Below, piece after piece: positions 1 to 8,178 of a DNA stretch of 52,580 nucleotides. The DNA is from Acidimicrobiaceae bacterium (GTDB lineage Bacteria; Actinomycetota; Acidimicrobiia; Acidimicrobiales; Aldehydirespiratoraceae), in the NCBI GenBank assembly GCA_026710865.1, contig JAPOQG010000049.1:1-52580 (forward strand), read 5' to 3'. Numbering within the stretch: the stretch's first letter is position 1; each line of letters begins with the position of its first letter. Below the pieces are notes generated by a model, which had not been told where the DNA came from, did no database searches, and worked only from the letters and a program-made list of their open reading frames with translations. The translations under genes were made by a program, and so were the position numbers.

Positions 1-1642
1 CCCGCCACAGCAGGTCCCGGCGCTCGGCGGGCGGCCGGGCGGCCCAGCCCGCCTGCTGCTCGGCGGCGGCCGCGACGACCCGGTCCACGCCGGCGACATC
101 TCCGGTGAGCGCGGCGGCCGGCCCGCTCCAATGCCTGGAGACGATCTCGCGGGCCCAGGCCCGGTTCGGGGCCAGCGCGGGGTCGGTGTCGGGCTCGTTG
201 AAGAAGCCGCCGGCCGGGTCGGCGGGCTCCGGCGGGCGGTTGCGGTCCTGGCGTCGGCGCGGGGCCCGCCCGACCGACCACCTCTCGGCGACCGAGGCAC
301 GGAACTTGGCCGCCTCGGCCTCGAAGGCGGCGCTGCCGGGCTGCAGGCCGAACAGGTGGTGGATGAAGTTCTCGTCGGAGGCGTTCTCCTCCAGGCGGCG
401 GAACAGGTAGGCGATGGCCACGTCGAAGTCCTCGGCGGCCACCGCGGGCGTGTACAGCAGCACCTCGGAGCCGTCGGATCGCAGCCTTTCGGCCTGGGCG
501 GGCGCCATGCCCTCGAGCATCTCGAACCCCACCCGGTCACGGACGTCGCGCTGGTCGGCCAGCAGGTCGGCCCAGGCCACGTCGAAGAGGTTGTGGCTGG
601 CCACGCCGATGCGCACTGAGTCGGTGCGGTCCGGTGTGAGCATCCAGTCGAGGCAGCGCTTGAAGTTGGCGTCGGTCTCGGCCTTGGTCGGATAGGGCGC
701 CTGCGGCCAGCCCCGCATGGCGGCTTCCACCCGCTCCATGGCCAGGTTGGCGCCCTTCACTAGGCGGATCTTGATCGAGGCCCGGCGGCGGCCCTCGACG
801 ACCAGGCCGTTGTGCCACTCGACCAGGTCCATCAGCGCGTCGAAGCAGTCGGGCAGGTAGGCCTGCAGCGCGATGCCGGCGTCGAGGGTCGCGAACTCGG
901 GCTCCTCCAGCAGGCGGCGGAAGGCGCCCACCGTCAGCTCCAGGTCGTGGTACTCCTCCATGTCGAGGTTGATGAACGTCGCCGGCGACGCGGACGCGGC
1001 GGCTCGAAGCAGGGGGCGCAGAGCCTCGCAGATCCGGTGCAGCGACCCGTCGAAGTCCCACGGGTTGAGCTGGGACACCACCGCCGACACCTTGACCGAC
1101 ACGTAGTCGACGTCGGGCACAGCAAGGGTGTCGAGCACCTCGGTGTGGCGGCGACGGGCCTCGGTCTCGCCCAGGACGGCCTCGCCCAGCATGCTCACGT
1201 TCAGCGAGTAGCCCTGCGCGGCCCGGGTCCCCAGGTGGGCCGACAGCCGCTGGGGCTCGGAGTCCACGACCAAGTGGCCGACGAGGGACCTCATGCGGCG
1301 CTGGGCGATCGGAATCACCAGCCGCGGCATCCGGGGGCCGAGCCGGGCCCCGAGCCGCAACAGCAGCCGGTCGAGCGGCGACAGGAATGCGGGCAGCCGC
1401 GCCTCGGCCACCAGCGAGGCCAGCTGGCCCGCGGCGGTCTCGGGATCCTCGGGCCGGATCACCCGGTCGACGAACCGCATGGCGAAGGCGGTGGCCGGCG
1501 GGTCCGTCACCACGCCCGACAGCCGTCGGGTCGCGGCGCTGTCCCGCCCGGACGCCCGCGGCCCGGCCGCCTCCAGCCATCCCGCGACGCGGGCCACAGC
1601 CTCCTCGGCCAGCAGATCGGCACCGTGGTCGTGGCGGTTCAC
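1..1642 (-). CDS. putA: Bifunctional proline dehydrogenase / P5C dehydrogenase PutA, 5' part (runs off left edge)
   Basis: Not in the ORF track because no stop falls in the window. Manual translation from GTG at 1642 gives PRODH motifs: RLVKGANLAMERVEA, ASHNLFD, FEMLEGMA, AIAYLFRRLEEN. Confidence 0.9.
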   Translation of the reverse strand, partial: MNRHDHGADLLAEEAVARVAGWLEAAGPRASGRDSAATRRLSGVVTDPPATAFAMRFVDRVIRPEDPETAAGQLASLVAEARLPAFLSPLDRLLLRLGARLGPRMPRLVIPIAQRRMRSLVGHLVVDSEPQRLSAHLGTRAAQGYSLNVSMLGEAVLGETEARRRHTEVLDTLAVPDVDYVSVKVSAVVSQLNPWDFDGSLHRICEALRPLLRAAASASPATFINLDMEEYHDLELTVGAFRRLLEEPEFATLDAGIALQAYLPDCFDALMDLVEWHNGLVVEGRRRASIKIRLVKGANLAMERVEAAMRGWPQAPYPTKAETDANFKRCLDWMLTPDRTDSVRIGVASHNLFDVAWADLLADQRDVRDRVGFEMLEGMAPAQAERLRSDGSEVLLYTPAVAAEDFDVAIAYLFRRLEENASDENFIHHLFGLQPGSAAFEAEAAKFRASVAERWSVGRAPRRRQDRNRPPEPADPAGGFFNEPDTDPALAPNRAWAREIVSRHWSGPAAALTGDVAGVDRVVAAAAEQQAGWAARPPAERRDLLWR

Positions 1643-1887
1643 GCCTTGCTCGCCCCTTCCTGCCGCGAGGCACTCGCTACAGCGTGCCGAACCATGATCG
1701 CACGAACCGGCCGCCGACGATGCAGCATTCGGGTGAACGGAGCGGCCGCGATTGTGCATCCTGGAGTGAGCACCCGCGGCCCGCCGGCGGCGCGGGCCCA
1801 CAACACCGTGCGGCAGCGAATTCCGGCAGAGTGGAGCCTCCCAAAGTACGCCAACGTTGACTCACCCGGTCCGAGGAGTAGTGAATC

Positions 1888-2077
1888 ATGACTATTGATA
1901 GTCTGTTGCTGCAAATTTCGAAGCAGAACAACCAGAGGACGGTCGATTTTGTATCACTCTTCCGGTGCTGGGAGTGATTCATCCACGACACACAGCCGAG
2001 ACTCGGGGCCTGGAGGCTGTTCATGGGGCTGCCCGGGTCCGCGCGAGCCAGCCGGTTGATATCTGGTAATGACTATT
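1888..2077. promoter_or_regulatory. AT-rich divergent putA/lrp control region with candidate operator sites
   Basis: Palindrome GACTAT-TG-ATAGTC at 1890-1903; ATGACTATT occurs at 1888 and 2069; visibly AT-richer than the flanks. Confidence 0.4.
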
Positions 2078-2284
2078 ATATTTCGAGTAATACTGATTCT
2101 CAGATGGGGGCTTCGCGCCTCCCCGCCCCAAGGGCTGCGACCTCGTCCGTCGGATCCTGGGCACTCACCTGAACGCTGAGGCTCGCGCAGACTATTCGAA
2201 TGAGGCATTCGATCGAGCTGTGTCATGCGTTCGAGAGAAGTTTCTCCAAGGAAATGACACCAGTGGTATTTGGTGGTTTGTAAC

Positions 2285-2764
2285 ATGACCGCCGTGCAGT
2301 TGGACGACATAGATCTAAGGATCGTTCGGACCCTGCAAGCGGACGGCCGGACGAGCTACAGCGACATCTCCAAGGCCGTGGGGGTCAGTGCCGGCACGGT
2401 CCGGAACCGGATCAACCAGATGCGGTCTTCGGGGATGCTCTCGGTCAACGTGTGGCTCGATCCGCACCTCACCGGCCTCTCTATCCACGCGACCCTGCTG
2501 CTCAAGGTTCGGCCCGGGCATCTGACGGAGGTGGCCGACGCGCTGTCCGGACTAGAGGAGACCGTGTATGTGGCCACCCTGGCGGGCGCCTACGACGCCG
2601 TCGCCGACGTGTTCTGCCGCGACACCGCCCACCTGCGCCTCCTCATCCATGACAAGGTGCAACAGATCGACGGCGTCGCCGAGGTGACGACCAACCTCGT
2701 GACCGAGCACAGGCACCGGTCGAGCCTCGACACCATTGCCGGCGCGCCGCCAAGCCGCTCCTGA
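2285..2764 (+). CDS. Lrp/AsnC family transcriptional regulator (PutR-like, divergent from putA)
   Basis: LDDIDLRIVRTLQADGRTSYSDISKAVGVSAGTVRNRI HTH, then RAM domain (GAYD...IDGV); ATG at 2285. Confidence 0.92.
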   Translation: MTAVQLDDIDLRIVRTLQADGRTSYSDISKAVGVSAGTVRNRINQMRSSGMLSVNVWLDPHLTGLSIHATLLLKVRPGHLTEVADALSGLEETVYVATLAGAYDAVADVFCRDTAHLRLLIHDKVQQIDGVAEVTTNLVTEHRHRSSLDTIAGAPPSRS

Positions 2765-2808
2765 GCGCCGTCGGCCCACGCCGGCCCGGTGACACACCCA
2801 GGTCGCCG

Positions 2809-3017
2809 GGTGACCCGAGCCCGCTAGCCGATCCGACCGGCGAGTGACCCGAGTCCGGTGGCCGATCCGACCGCCGGCCGTCTCAGCGACCGACCGGCGA
2901 GTGACCCGAGTCCGCTGGCCGATCCGACCGCCGGCCGTCTCAGCGACGGATCCGACCGCCGAGTGACCGGAGTCCGCTAGCCGATCCGACCGCCGGCCGT
3001 CTCAGCGACCGACCGGC
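2809..3017. repeat. Intergenic tandem repeat, ~57-62 bp unit, 3 full copies plus a partial copy
   Basis: Unit GAGTGACCCGAGTCCG(G/C)TGGCCGATCCGACCGCCGGCCGTCTCAGCGACCGACCGGC starts at 2842, 2899 and 2961; truncated copy from ~2809. Confidence 0.9.
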
Positions 3018-3023
3018 GCGGTG

Positions 3024-4460
3024 TCAGGGCCCCGGTGTGCCGCTCTCGGCGTGGAGGATGTCGGCGATGCAGCCGGTGAGCCTCTCGGCGTAGGCCATGT
3101 GCAGGAACTCGTTGGGGCCGTGGGCGTTGGACTCCGGGCCCAGCACGCCGGTCACCAGGAACTGCGCTCTGGGGAACATCGCGCCGAGCATCGCGATGAA
3201 CGGGATGCTGCCCCCCTCACCGAAGAGCTGAGCCGGCCGGCCGAAACGGCGCCGAGCGCTGTCATTGAGCGCTCCGGCCAGCCATGGCGACAGATCGGGG
3301 GCGTCCCAGCCGTCGGCGCACTCCACGTCCTCGACGCTCACCGACGCCCCCAGGGGCGGATCGGAGCTGAGCAGACGGACCAGTTCCGACTTGGCGGCCT
3401 CGGCACTCGCGGTGGGTGGGAGGCGCAGGCTGAGCTTGAGCGCGGTGTAGGGCCGCAGTACGTTTCCCGCCGACGCGGTCGGCGGCAGGCCGTCGGCTCC
3501 AGTGACGCTGAGAGCGGGGCGCCAGGTGCGGGCCAGCAGCCCCTCGGCGGCGTCCTGCTCCATCAGCCGGAGGTCCCCGACCAGGCCGAAGTCCTCGCCG
3601 GTTCCGCCGAGCAGGTCGGCCACCGCCCGAGCCTGCGAGACCCGATGGGGCGGGATGTCCACATTGGCCGAGTCCAGCAGCACCCGGCCGGTAGCGGAGT
3701 CCTCGATCCGGTCCAGCAGGATGCGGGCCAGCCGGAACGACGACGGCACCAGGCCGCCGGCCATGCCGCTGTGCCAGCCCTCGGTGATCACGTCCACCCG
3801 CAGGGTGGCCTGCACGATGCCCCGCAGCGACGTGGTGAGCCACATGGTGTCGTAGGTCGCGCAGCCGGAGTCGAGGCACACCAGCAGGGCCACGTCTCCG
3901 AGGCGATCCCCCAGCGCGTCGAGGTGAGCGATGAGGTCTGGACTGCCGGACTCCTCGGAGGCCTCGATCAGCACCAGGCACCGGCTGTGGCTGCCGCCGC
4001 AGGTCTGGACGGCCTCGATGGCGGCGATGCTGGCGAAGGCTGCGTAGCCGTCGTCGGCTCCACCGCGCCCGTAGAGGCGCTCGCCGTCGCGCACCGGTGT
4101 CCACGGCCCGAGCCCGTCGCGCCACCCCGTCATCTCCGGCTGCTTGTCCAAGTGGCCGTAGAGCACCACCGTGGAGTTGTCGTCGCCGTCCGCGGACCGC
4201 CCGCCGAACGGCTCCACCTCGGCGACGATCAGCGGGGTGCGCCCCGGCAGGCGCTGCACCTCAACCGTCATCCCGGCGACAGGCCGCGACGCCATCCATG
4301 ACGACACCTGCTGCACGGCCGCCTCGATGTGGCCGGCCTCCTCCCAGCCGGCGTCGAAGGCCGGCGACAGCGCAGGTATCGCGATGTAGCGCTCGAGCTC
4401 GGGAATGATCTGGTCGCGCCAGGATCTCGCGACTGAGGCCGAGACGGCATCTGTGTCCAT
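3024..4460 (-). CDS. M20/M25/M40 family metallopeptidase (dipeptidase-like)
   Basis: YGHLDKQP, YGRGGADDG, EASEESGS, GGSIPF and NAHGPNE motifs. Confidence 0.92.
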   Translation of the reverse strand: MDTDAVSASVARSWRDQIIPELERYIAIPALSPAFDAGWEEAGHIEAAVQQVSSWMASRPVAGMTVEVQRLPGRTPLIVAEVEPFGGRSADGDDNSTVVLYGHLDKQPEMTGWRDGLGPWTPVRDGERLYGRGGADDGYAAFASIAAIEAVQTCGGSHSRCLVLIEASEESGSPDLIAHLDALGDRLGDVALLVCLDSGCATYDTMWLTTSLRGIVQATLRVDVITEGWHSGMAGGLVPSSFRLARILLDRIEDSATGRVLLDSANVDIPPHRVSQARAVADLLGGTGEDFGLVGDLRLMEQDAAEGLLARTWRPALSVTGADGLPPTASAGNVLRPYTALKLSLRLPPTASAEAAKSELVRLLSSDPPLGASVSVEDVECADGWDAPDLSPWLAGALNDSARRRFGRPAQLFGEGGSIPFIAMLGAMFPRAQFLVTGVLGPESNAHGPNEFLHMAYAERLTGCIADILHAESGTPGP

Positions 4461-4553
4461 GCTCGAACGCTACTTTCTGGCCTCTGCTCGGCCGGCTTGC
4501 CGGCCGTCGCTCACACGGTGCGCCGGCCTCGGCGACAGACCGCCGACGCGATG

Positions 4554-4592
4554 AAGCCCACGTCAGGATACATGCTCTGACCTGGGCTTTTT
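4554..4592. terminator. Hairpin next to the left att copy (probable original tRNA terminator)
   Basis: AAGCCCA-CGTCAG...CTGAC-CTGGGCTT imperfect inverted repeat with a T run. Confidence 0.5.
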
Positions 4593-4594
4593 GT

Positions 4595-4639
4595 TGGTGG
4601 CGGGGGTAGGAATTGAACCTACGACCTTCAGGTTATGAG
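4595..4639 (-). repeat. Left att site: duplicated 3' 45 bp of tRNA-fMet
   Basis: TGGTGGCGGGGGTAGGAATTGAACCTACGACCTTCAGGTTATGAG matches 23623-23667 with one mismatch (4630) and stops just past the anticodon loop. Confidence 0.95.
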
Positions 4640-4650
4640 TTGCTTGCGGG

Positions 4651-4690
4651 CCGTGTCAGGCTGTGCCGGTCTGTGTCAGAGAGTGCCCCT
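4651..4690. promoter_or_regulatory. Four phased 10-bp repeats, candidate RDF/Xis binding sites
   Basis: ccGTGTCagg ctGTGCCggt ctGTGTCaga gaGTGCCcct, exact 10-bp period, starting 12 bp inside the att core. Confidence 0.5.
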
Positions 4691-4755
4691 GAAGTGAGCC
4701 TTCGCGAATTCGCTGTGCCGGCCGGTGCCTGTGGATAACGCTCCGTGCCGATCCG

Positions 4756-4778
4756 TCCATTAGAGAATCCATTAGAAG
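4756..4778 (+). repeat. Candidate integrase arm-type sites (left arm)
   Basis: TCCATTAGA twice in tandem; ATCCATTAGAAG (4767-4778) recurs exactly at 23553-23564. Confidence 0.65.
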
Positions 4779-4934
4779 CCTGCAGGCCAACCTCAGCGAG
4801 GCCGCAAGCCCGTAGCGGACCGCTGACTCCAGCATCCCGCCATCGCTCCGGCAGTCAACGTCGATGGCGCGCATCCACCGCCGGCGCGAGGCAAGTGACC
4901 GGATAGCGCCAAACTTGGGTGACTACTAACGTGG

Positions 4935-5093
4935 CTAGCCAGGATTGGGTAGCTGGCTGGAGTTTGGTTCGGGGTTCTTGCCGCGGCAGGTCTCGATGGA
5001 GACGGTGGCGACGACGGCGCGGCCTGCCTTCTCCCAAGTGTCGAGATCGACTGTTGGCTCTTTGCGTGTGGGCGGGTCGGGTTCAGGTGCCAT
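4935..5093 (-). CDS. Possible 52-aa small passenger ORF of the IS
   Basis: ATG 5093 to TAG inside the IR (MAPEPDPPTRKEPTVDLDTWEKAGRAVVATVSIETC...), downstream of and co-oriented with the transposase; below the ORF-track length cut-off. Confidence 0.3.
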   Translation of the reverse strand: MAPEPDPPTRKEPTVDLDTWEKAGRAVVATVSIETCRGKNPEPNSSQLPNPG

Positions 5094-5159
5094 GCTGGTC
5101 GCTGTGCGGTCCCGGCTGGGGCCTGTGCGCCGCGGCTGAGCCGGTGACGGTAGTGGCCC

Positions 5160-6122
5160 CTACGCGGCCCTTCCAGCCGCCACCAGTTCCCGCCACGGCA
5201 GCCGCCGGCGCTCCATCATGGCCGCGGCCTCGGCCATCCGGTCGGTGACATGGCGGTCGCGGCGGTTGTAGCGGAAGCTGTGCTCCTCGATGTAGCGGTG
5301 CAGATGATCGTCTGACATCCAGTGGTAGGTGCCGACGTAGGTCCGCTTCAAGTGGCTCCAGTAGTTCTCGATCCCGTTCGTCGAGACCGGCCCGCGGACG
5401 TACTCCCCGACCGAGTGCATGACCTTGGCGTGCAGGTATCCCATCTCTTTGAGCGGGTCGTAGCCGCGGTCGCCGTCGGTGAACACCGTCGATCCCGGCC
5501 GAGTCGTGTCGGCCACGATCCCGGTCAGCGTGTCCGACGCGGTGTCGGCTGTCGGCCGGGCTGTCACCTTGCCGCTGGCGCGGTCGCGGACTCCCACCAC
5601 CGGCGTCTTGTCCACCGCTCCGCGGCCGTGGATGCGCTCGCGGCGCTTGCTGGCGTGCATGTTCTTCGCTCTGCCGCCGATGAACGTCTCGTCGCACTCG
5701 ACCGGCCCCTCGAAACCCGGCAGCGACCCGTCGGCCAGCGCCTTGCGCAGCCGGTGGCCGACATGCCAAGCCGACTTCTGCGAGATGCCCAGATCGGCGG
5801 CGAGCTGCACCGACGACTTGCCCTTGGAGTTGGACAGGATCAGGAACAGCGCGAGCAGCCATGTCTGCGATCCCAGCTTCGACGCGTGCATCACAGTGTG
5901 ACTCATCACGCTGAAATGGCGGCGGCAATCCCGGCACCGGTACGGCATCGGGCGACGCTCCCGCACGCCGGCGACGTTGTGCGACTCGCAGTGCGGGCAC
6001 TGCGGTCCGCGCCGCCAGCGCCACGATTCCCACTGCTTCTCGGCAGCGGCGTCGTCGGGGTAGCGACGAAAGAACGCCGCCAGCGGCATCCCGGTCTTCA
6101 CGATCTCGTGCGGTTTGCTCAT
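5160..6122 (-). CDS. IS1595-family DDE transposase
   Basis: N-terminal Zn ribbon (CPHC...CRDC), HTH, VECDETFIGG, TVFTDG, STNGIENYW, EHSFRYNRR; probable ATG at 6122. Confidence 0.95.
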   Translation of the reverse strand: MSKPHEIVKTGMPLAAFFRRYPDDAAAEKQWESWRWRRGPQCPHCESHNVAGVRERRPMPYRCRDCRRHFSVMSHTVMHASKLGSQTWLLALFLILSNSKGKSSVQLAADLGISQKSAWHVGHRLRKALADGSLPGFEGPVECDETFIGGRAKNMHASKRRERIHGRGAVDKTPVVGVRDRASGKVTARPTADTASDTLTGIVADTTRPGSTVFTDGDRGYDPLKEMGYLHAKVMHSVGEYVRGPVSTNGIENYWSHLKRTYVGTYHWMSDDHLHRYIEEHSFRYNRRDRHVTDRMAEAAAMMERRRLPWRELVAAGRAA

Positions 6123-6276
6123 GCCCCCATGATCCCACAGGGGTACGACAACGGATTTGCCGTCCGACCTCACCTTTGGCTAGCCACGTTAGTAGTCACC
6201 CAAACTTGCAAAGGCTGCGCCGCACAGCCGCGACGGACTAGTCCCCCTCGAAGCCCTCGACCGCTTCGGCCGGTCG

Positions 6277-8133
6277 CTACTCCGGCACCGGGAGCCTGCT
6301 CGGTTTGGGGTCGATCTTTGGGAGACTCTGGAGCGCGGACATGATGCCCTTGCCGGAGTACGTGATCGTCAGCGTTTCAGTGGCCCGGGTGACCGCGACG
6401 TACAGCAGCCGCCGTTGGTCTTCGGCAAGCGTCTCTGGAGAGGTCGAGCGCACCCAGATGTGGTTGGCGCCTCCGATGATCACATGGCGGAACTCGAGGC
6501 CCTTGAGCAGTCCCAGAGTCGCCACCCGGACTCTGCCCTCTGCGTCGAAGATCCTGTCGCGGTTGCGTCCGGCCTTGGTGTCGAAGGCATCGGGCACAAG
6601 GCGCACCACATCGTGGCGCACGTCCTCGGTACCGAGCAGCACCGCGATCTGATCTGGGGGCGCGCCTGCAGCGCGCAGCTCCTGCACCCGCTCGGCGATC
6701 GCCTCTGCCTCGCCGCGGAGATCGGAGCAGTTCAAGGAAAGGGGCGGAAGACCGGTTCGCACGGCCTGGTCCGGCTCTACCAGCACATCCAGGTCGTCGG
6801 GTTGGTGCGTGCCGGGCTCCCGGCCGAGCCCCGCCAGCAACTCCCGGCCGAGGTCGAGTATCTGGCGGGTGTTGCGATAGTTGACGCTCAAGATGGTGGT
6901 ACGGCCCCGCGCCGTGATGCCGGGCGGATTCCAAGCCCTGCGGCGCCGGTAGATCATCTGGGCGCCGTCCAGGGCCATCACGAAGTGGTCCCGTCCCGGC
7001 TTGAGCATCGCCCAGGCCAGATCGAGGCCGGCCTCATCGAGGTCTTGGGCCTCGTCCACCAGCACCATGTCATACAGTTCGGCTTCGTCGAGGTCGGGCA
7101 CCGCCTGGACTGCATCGCGGCGCCGCCGGTCGAAATCGGGCCTGCGCTCATCATCGGGAGCGCGGCCCGCGTCCACCAGCACGTCCCGTGCCAGCGCATC
7201 CAGCGTGCGCACCCGGACGCCGTCATGCTCCGCCACTTGGTGTGTCAGCGCGAGCGACAGCGGTTTGTTGAAGCAGAGCAGGAGGATGCGCCAGTGCGGG
7301 AAGTGGCGGGCCATGTGCCGGGCCCGGTAGGTGAGGACGAGCGTCTTGCCGCTGCCGGCCACTCCCCGGATGAGGCGGTAGCCGGGGCCGAGGCTGTGGG
7401 CCAGGCGCTCCTGCCGACGGTCCAGGGTGCGGAGGATCTCGTCGTCGCTCTCGCGTTGCGGCGCGAACAGCTGCCCCTGCGTTCCCCGGATCACGATCCC
7501 AGGTCTGACCGCGGCCCGAGCCGCGGATTCCTTCTCCTGGGGCAGCGGTGCCCGGCGACCGCCGACGATCTCCTGAAGAGCCGGCCTCAAGGCCTCGATG
7601 TCGAAGTCGTCCGCGCACAGCACGGGAACATCCGCTCGGACGCTGGCCGCTTCGACGGCAGTCACATCGGGACAGGCCGCGGCCACCGCGACCGGCAGCC
7701 GCGCCACGTTGCGAGCGTCGAGACCTCGGCGCAACTCCGACGCCCGCTGTGCCGTCAGGTCCCGCAGCCGGTCGCGGTCGATCCTTCTGCGCCGGCTGCG
7801 CCGCTTGCCGGCCCGAATCCTCGCGGGAGCCTCCAAGACCACGATCCCGGACGACGGGTCGAGCACCACCAAGTACGCCTCGCCCTGGTCGTCGGCCGCC
7901 TCGATGCCCTCGAATCGCTGCTGCTCGAACTCCCTGCGCAGGGCGCGGTCCTCGCCGTCCCCGGTCCACTCCAGCCAGACCGTCACGTCGTCGGGCAGGA
8001 ACTCCCGCAGGCACTTGGCCACCGCCTGCAGCCGAGCCGGCACATCGTTGCGGCTCTGAATGTTGGCAGGCTGCAGGAAGGCCATAAGCACCTGCGACTC
8101 TAGTGCAGCCGTTGCGGCCGCAGCGGTTGACAC
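6277..8133 (-). CDS. Superfamily 1 (UvrD-like) helicase with degenerate N-terminal NERD-like domain
   Basis: GVAGSGKT, LCFNK, DEAQD, NYRN, KGLEF, LYVAVTRA; N-terminal YLVVLDPSSGIVVLEAP resembles a NERD core. Confidence 0.85.
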   Translation of the reverse strand: MSTAAAATAALESQVLMAFLQPANIQSRNDVPARLQAVAKCLREFLPDDVTVWLEWTGDGEDRALRREFEQQRFEGIEAADDQGEAYLVVLDPSSGIVVLEAPARIRAGKRRSRRRRIDRDRLRDLTAQRASELRRGLDARNVARLPVAVAAACPDVTAVEAASVRADVPVLCADDFDIEALRPALQEIVGGRRAPLPQEKESAARAAVRPGIVIRGTQGQLFAPQRESDDEILRTLDRRQERLAHSLGPGYRLIRGVAGSGKTLVLTYRARHMARHFPHWRILLLCFNKPLSLALTHQVAEHDGVRVRTLDALARDVLVDAGRAPDDERRPDFDRRRRDAVQAVPDLDEAELYDMVLVDEAQDLDEAGLDLAWAMLKPGRDHFVMALDGAQMIYRRRRAWNPPGITARGRTTILSVNYRNTRQILDLGRELLAGLGREPGTHQPDDLDVLVEPDQAVRTGLPPLSLNCSDLRGEAEAIAERVQELRAAGAPPDQIAVLLGTEDVRHDVVRLVPDAFDTKAGRNRDRIFDAEGRVRVATLGLLKGLEFRHVIIGGANHIWVRSTSPETLAEDQRRLLYVAVTRATETLTITYSGKGIMSALQSLPKIDPKPSRLPVPE

Positions 8134-8178
8134 CGCTGCGGCGCCCCTTCAAGCATCCCCAGAGGCGGGCAGCCGCGG

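Larger units (their letters stand above)
4918..6200 (-). mobile_element. IS1595-family insertion sequence, 1283 bp
   Basis: Perfect 24-bp terminal IRs GGTGACTACTAACGTGGCTAGCCA (4918-4941 / 6177-6200); 8-bp target duplication CAAACTTG (4910-4917 / 6201-6208). Confidence 0.96.

Noticed and set aside
537-1891. ORF-track entries 537-1673 (-) and 812-1891 (+) as the genes in this region
   Set aside because: The real gene is putA in another minus-strand frame that runs off the window edge.
2809-3017. CRISPR array
   Set aside because: Units are contiguous with no unique spacers.
4595-4639. Second tRNA-Met gene
   Set aside because: Only the 3' part is present; the D-arm and 5' acceptor strand are missing, so it is the att duplicate.
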